The notes under the pieces are model-generated. The model worked only from the letters and a program-made list of their open reading frames with translations, was not told the DNA's origin and ran no database searches. Positions 24,035 to 24,637 of a stretch of DNA of 24,637 nucleotides are shown here, piece by piece (the first letter of the stretch is position 1; each line of letters begins with the position of its first letter). Origin of the DNA: a virus (Duplodnaviria > Caudoviricetes); IMG/VR virus record IMGVR_UViG_3300012942_000129, positions 1 to 24,637 of that record, one strand, 5' to 3'. The position numbers were made by a program, and so were the translations under genes.

Positions 24035-24357
24035 GTGGGCTCCTCTGTGCGGAGTTGTCCGGTGGCGGTTTCGGTGGTGTCGACGGGTACGCAGCGGGAT
24101 GGCTGCGCGAGGAGCCATCCGGTGCCGGGCATGTCGCAGTTGTGGTCGGCGGGGTGCCGGTCGGCGTAGGCGAGTTCGCGCTGCGCCTGCGCCATGTGCT
24201 GGTCGCAGAGGAGGGAGAAGTCGGCGTTGCCGGGGGTGAGGGTCCATGCGATGTGCCAGGTGGCGGGGGCGTTGCAGGTGGGTGCGTCGGGTGCGGGTTG
24301 GGAGCCGCAGTGGAGTTCTCCGCGCCGTTCGCATGGGGTGAGTTGGGGGAAAGCCAT
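24019..24357 (-). CDS. Hypothetical Cys/His-rich phage protein
   Basis: 112 aa with HC...CNAPATWH...CDQH...HNC pattern; GGAG RBS. Confidence 0.75.
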   Translation of the reverse strand: MAFPQLTPCERRGELHCGSQPAPDAPTCNAPATWHIAWTLTPGNADFSLLCDQHMAQAQRELAYADRHPADHNCDMPGTGWLLAQPSRCVPVDTTETATGQLRTEEPTCTTR

Positions 24358-24373
24358 GGTGTCTCCGGTTGGG

Positions 24374-24400
24374 GGCCCGGCCGCGTGTGGCGGCCGGGCC
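24374..24400 (-). terminator. Intergenic GC stem-loop
   Basis: 11-bp inverted repeat GGCCCGGCCGC / GCGGCCGGGCC with 5-nt loop, after the stop at 24412. Confidence 0.55.
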
Positions 24401-24411
24401 GTGGCGGGTGG

Positions 24412-24637
24412 TCAGTGCTCGTGGTCGTGTGTGCCCGTCTGTGGGCCTGGGGGCGCGTTCTTGGTGCCGTGCGCCGTCTGGGTGCCTGTTCGCGCCCCTG
24501 AGCGCCGCGCGGCGCGTCTGGTGGCCCTGTTGGGCCGGTACTCGCCGGGCCCGGGTTCGTCCCATGCGAACGGGTTGCCGTCGTCCTCGGGCACGACGTG
24601 CTCCAGGCCGCGCACCAACTCCCGCTCCCAGCCGGCG
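24412..24637 (-). CDS. Hypothetical protein, 3' part (start probably outside the window)
   Basis: Frame open to the window edge: AGWERELVRGLEHVVPEDDGNPFAW...PNRATRRA. Confidence 0.6.
   Translation of the reverse strand, partial: AGWERELVRGLEHVVPEDDGNPFAWDEPGPGEYRPNRATRRAARRSGARTGTQTAHGTKNAPPGPQTGTHDHEH

Larger units (their letters stand above)
1..24637 (-). mobile_element. Actinomycete siphovirus or prophage segment (late/virion module plus part of the middle region); both ends lie outside the window
   Basis: Canonical order terS-terL-portal-MuF-scaffold-capsid-neck-tail tube-TAC-tape measure-tail proteins on the minus strand, with many ATGA/GTGA overlaps. Confidence 0.95.

Noticed and set aside
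10097-24565. Upstream-extended starts in the ORF track (10900, 11226, 11830, 12499, 13341, 15325, 16485, 19166, 22016, 23706, 24565)
   Set aside because: They overlap neighbouring genes or lack an RBS; downstream starts with RBS or stop-start coupling fit better
1-24637. bldA-type TTA codon control
   Set aside because: The TTA/TAA triplets I checked by eye were not in-frame Leu codons of called genes
1-24637. Calling the element an integrated prophage rather than a free phage
   Set aside because: No integrase, att site or host genes in the window; morons and the TAC break only hint at a temperate lifestyle

Overview
This high-GC actinomycete window (Streptomyces-like) is a siphophage or prophage segment, almost all on the minus strand. 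From right to left it holds small Cys/His-rich middle genes, a terminator, and a three-gene operon (55-aa ultra-basic protein, 58-aa His/Cys protein, Stealth-like phosphotransferase). The virion module follows: terminase S/L, SPP1-type portal, MuF-like protein, scaffold, major capsid, SAP-domain protein, head-tail joining genes, tail tube, frameshifting tail chaperones, tape measure, minor tail, beta-helix tailspike, a DUF7218-like basic protein and a papain-like C1 peptidase that runs off the left edge. Three plus-strand morons interrupt this: a bPH+SHOCT gene and two homologous XRE-family repressors. One XRE gene lies in a 708-bp unit bounded by a perfect 17-bp direct repeat that supplies stop codons. 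The other splits the scaffold and capsid genes and ends at a hairpin terminator. The tail chaperone has a second, unexplained -1 break in addition to its programmed GGGAAAC site. No integrase, endolysin, holin, tRNA or CRISPR was seen. Family calls come from motif recognition and synteny, not database searches.
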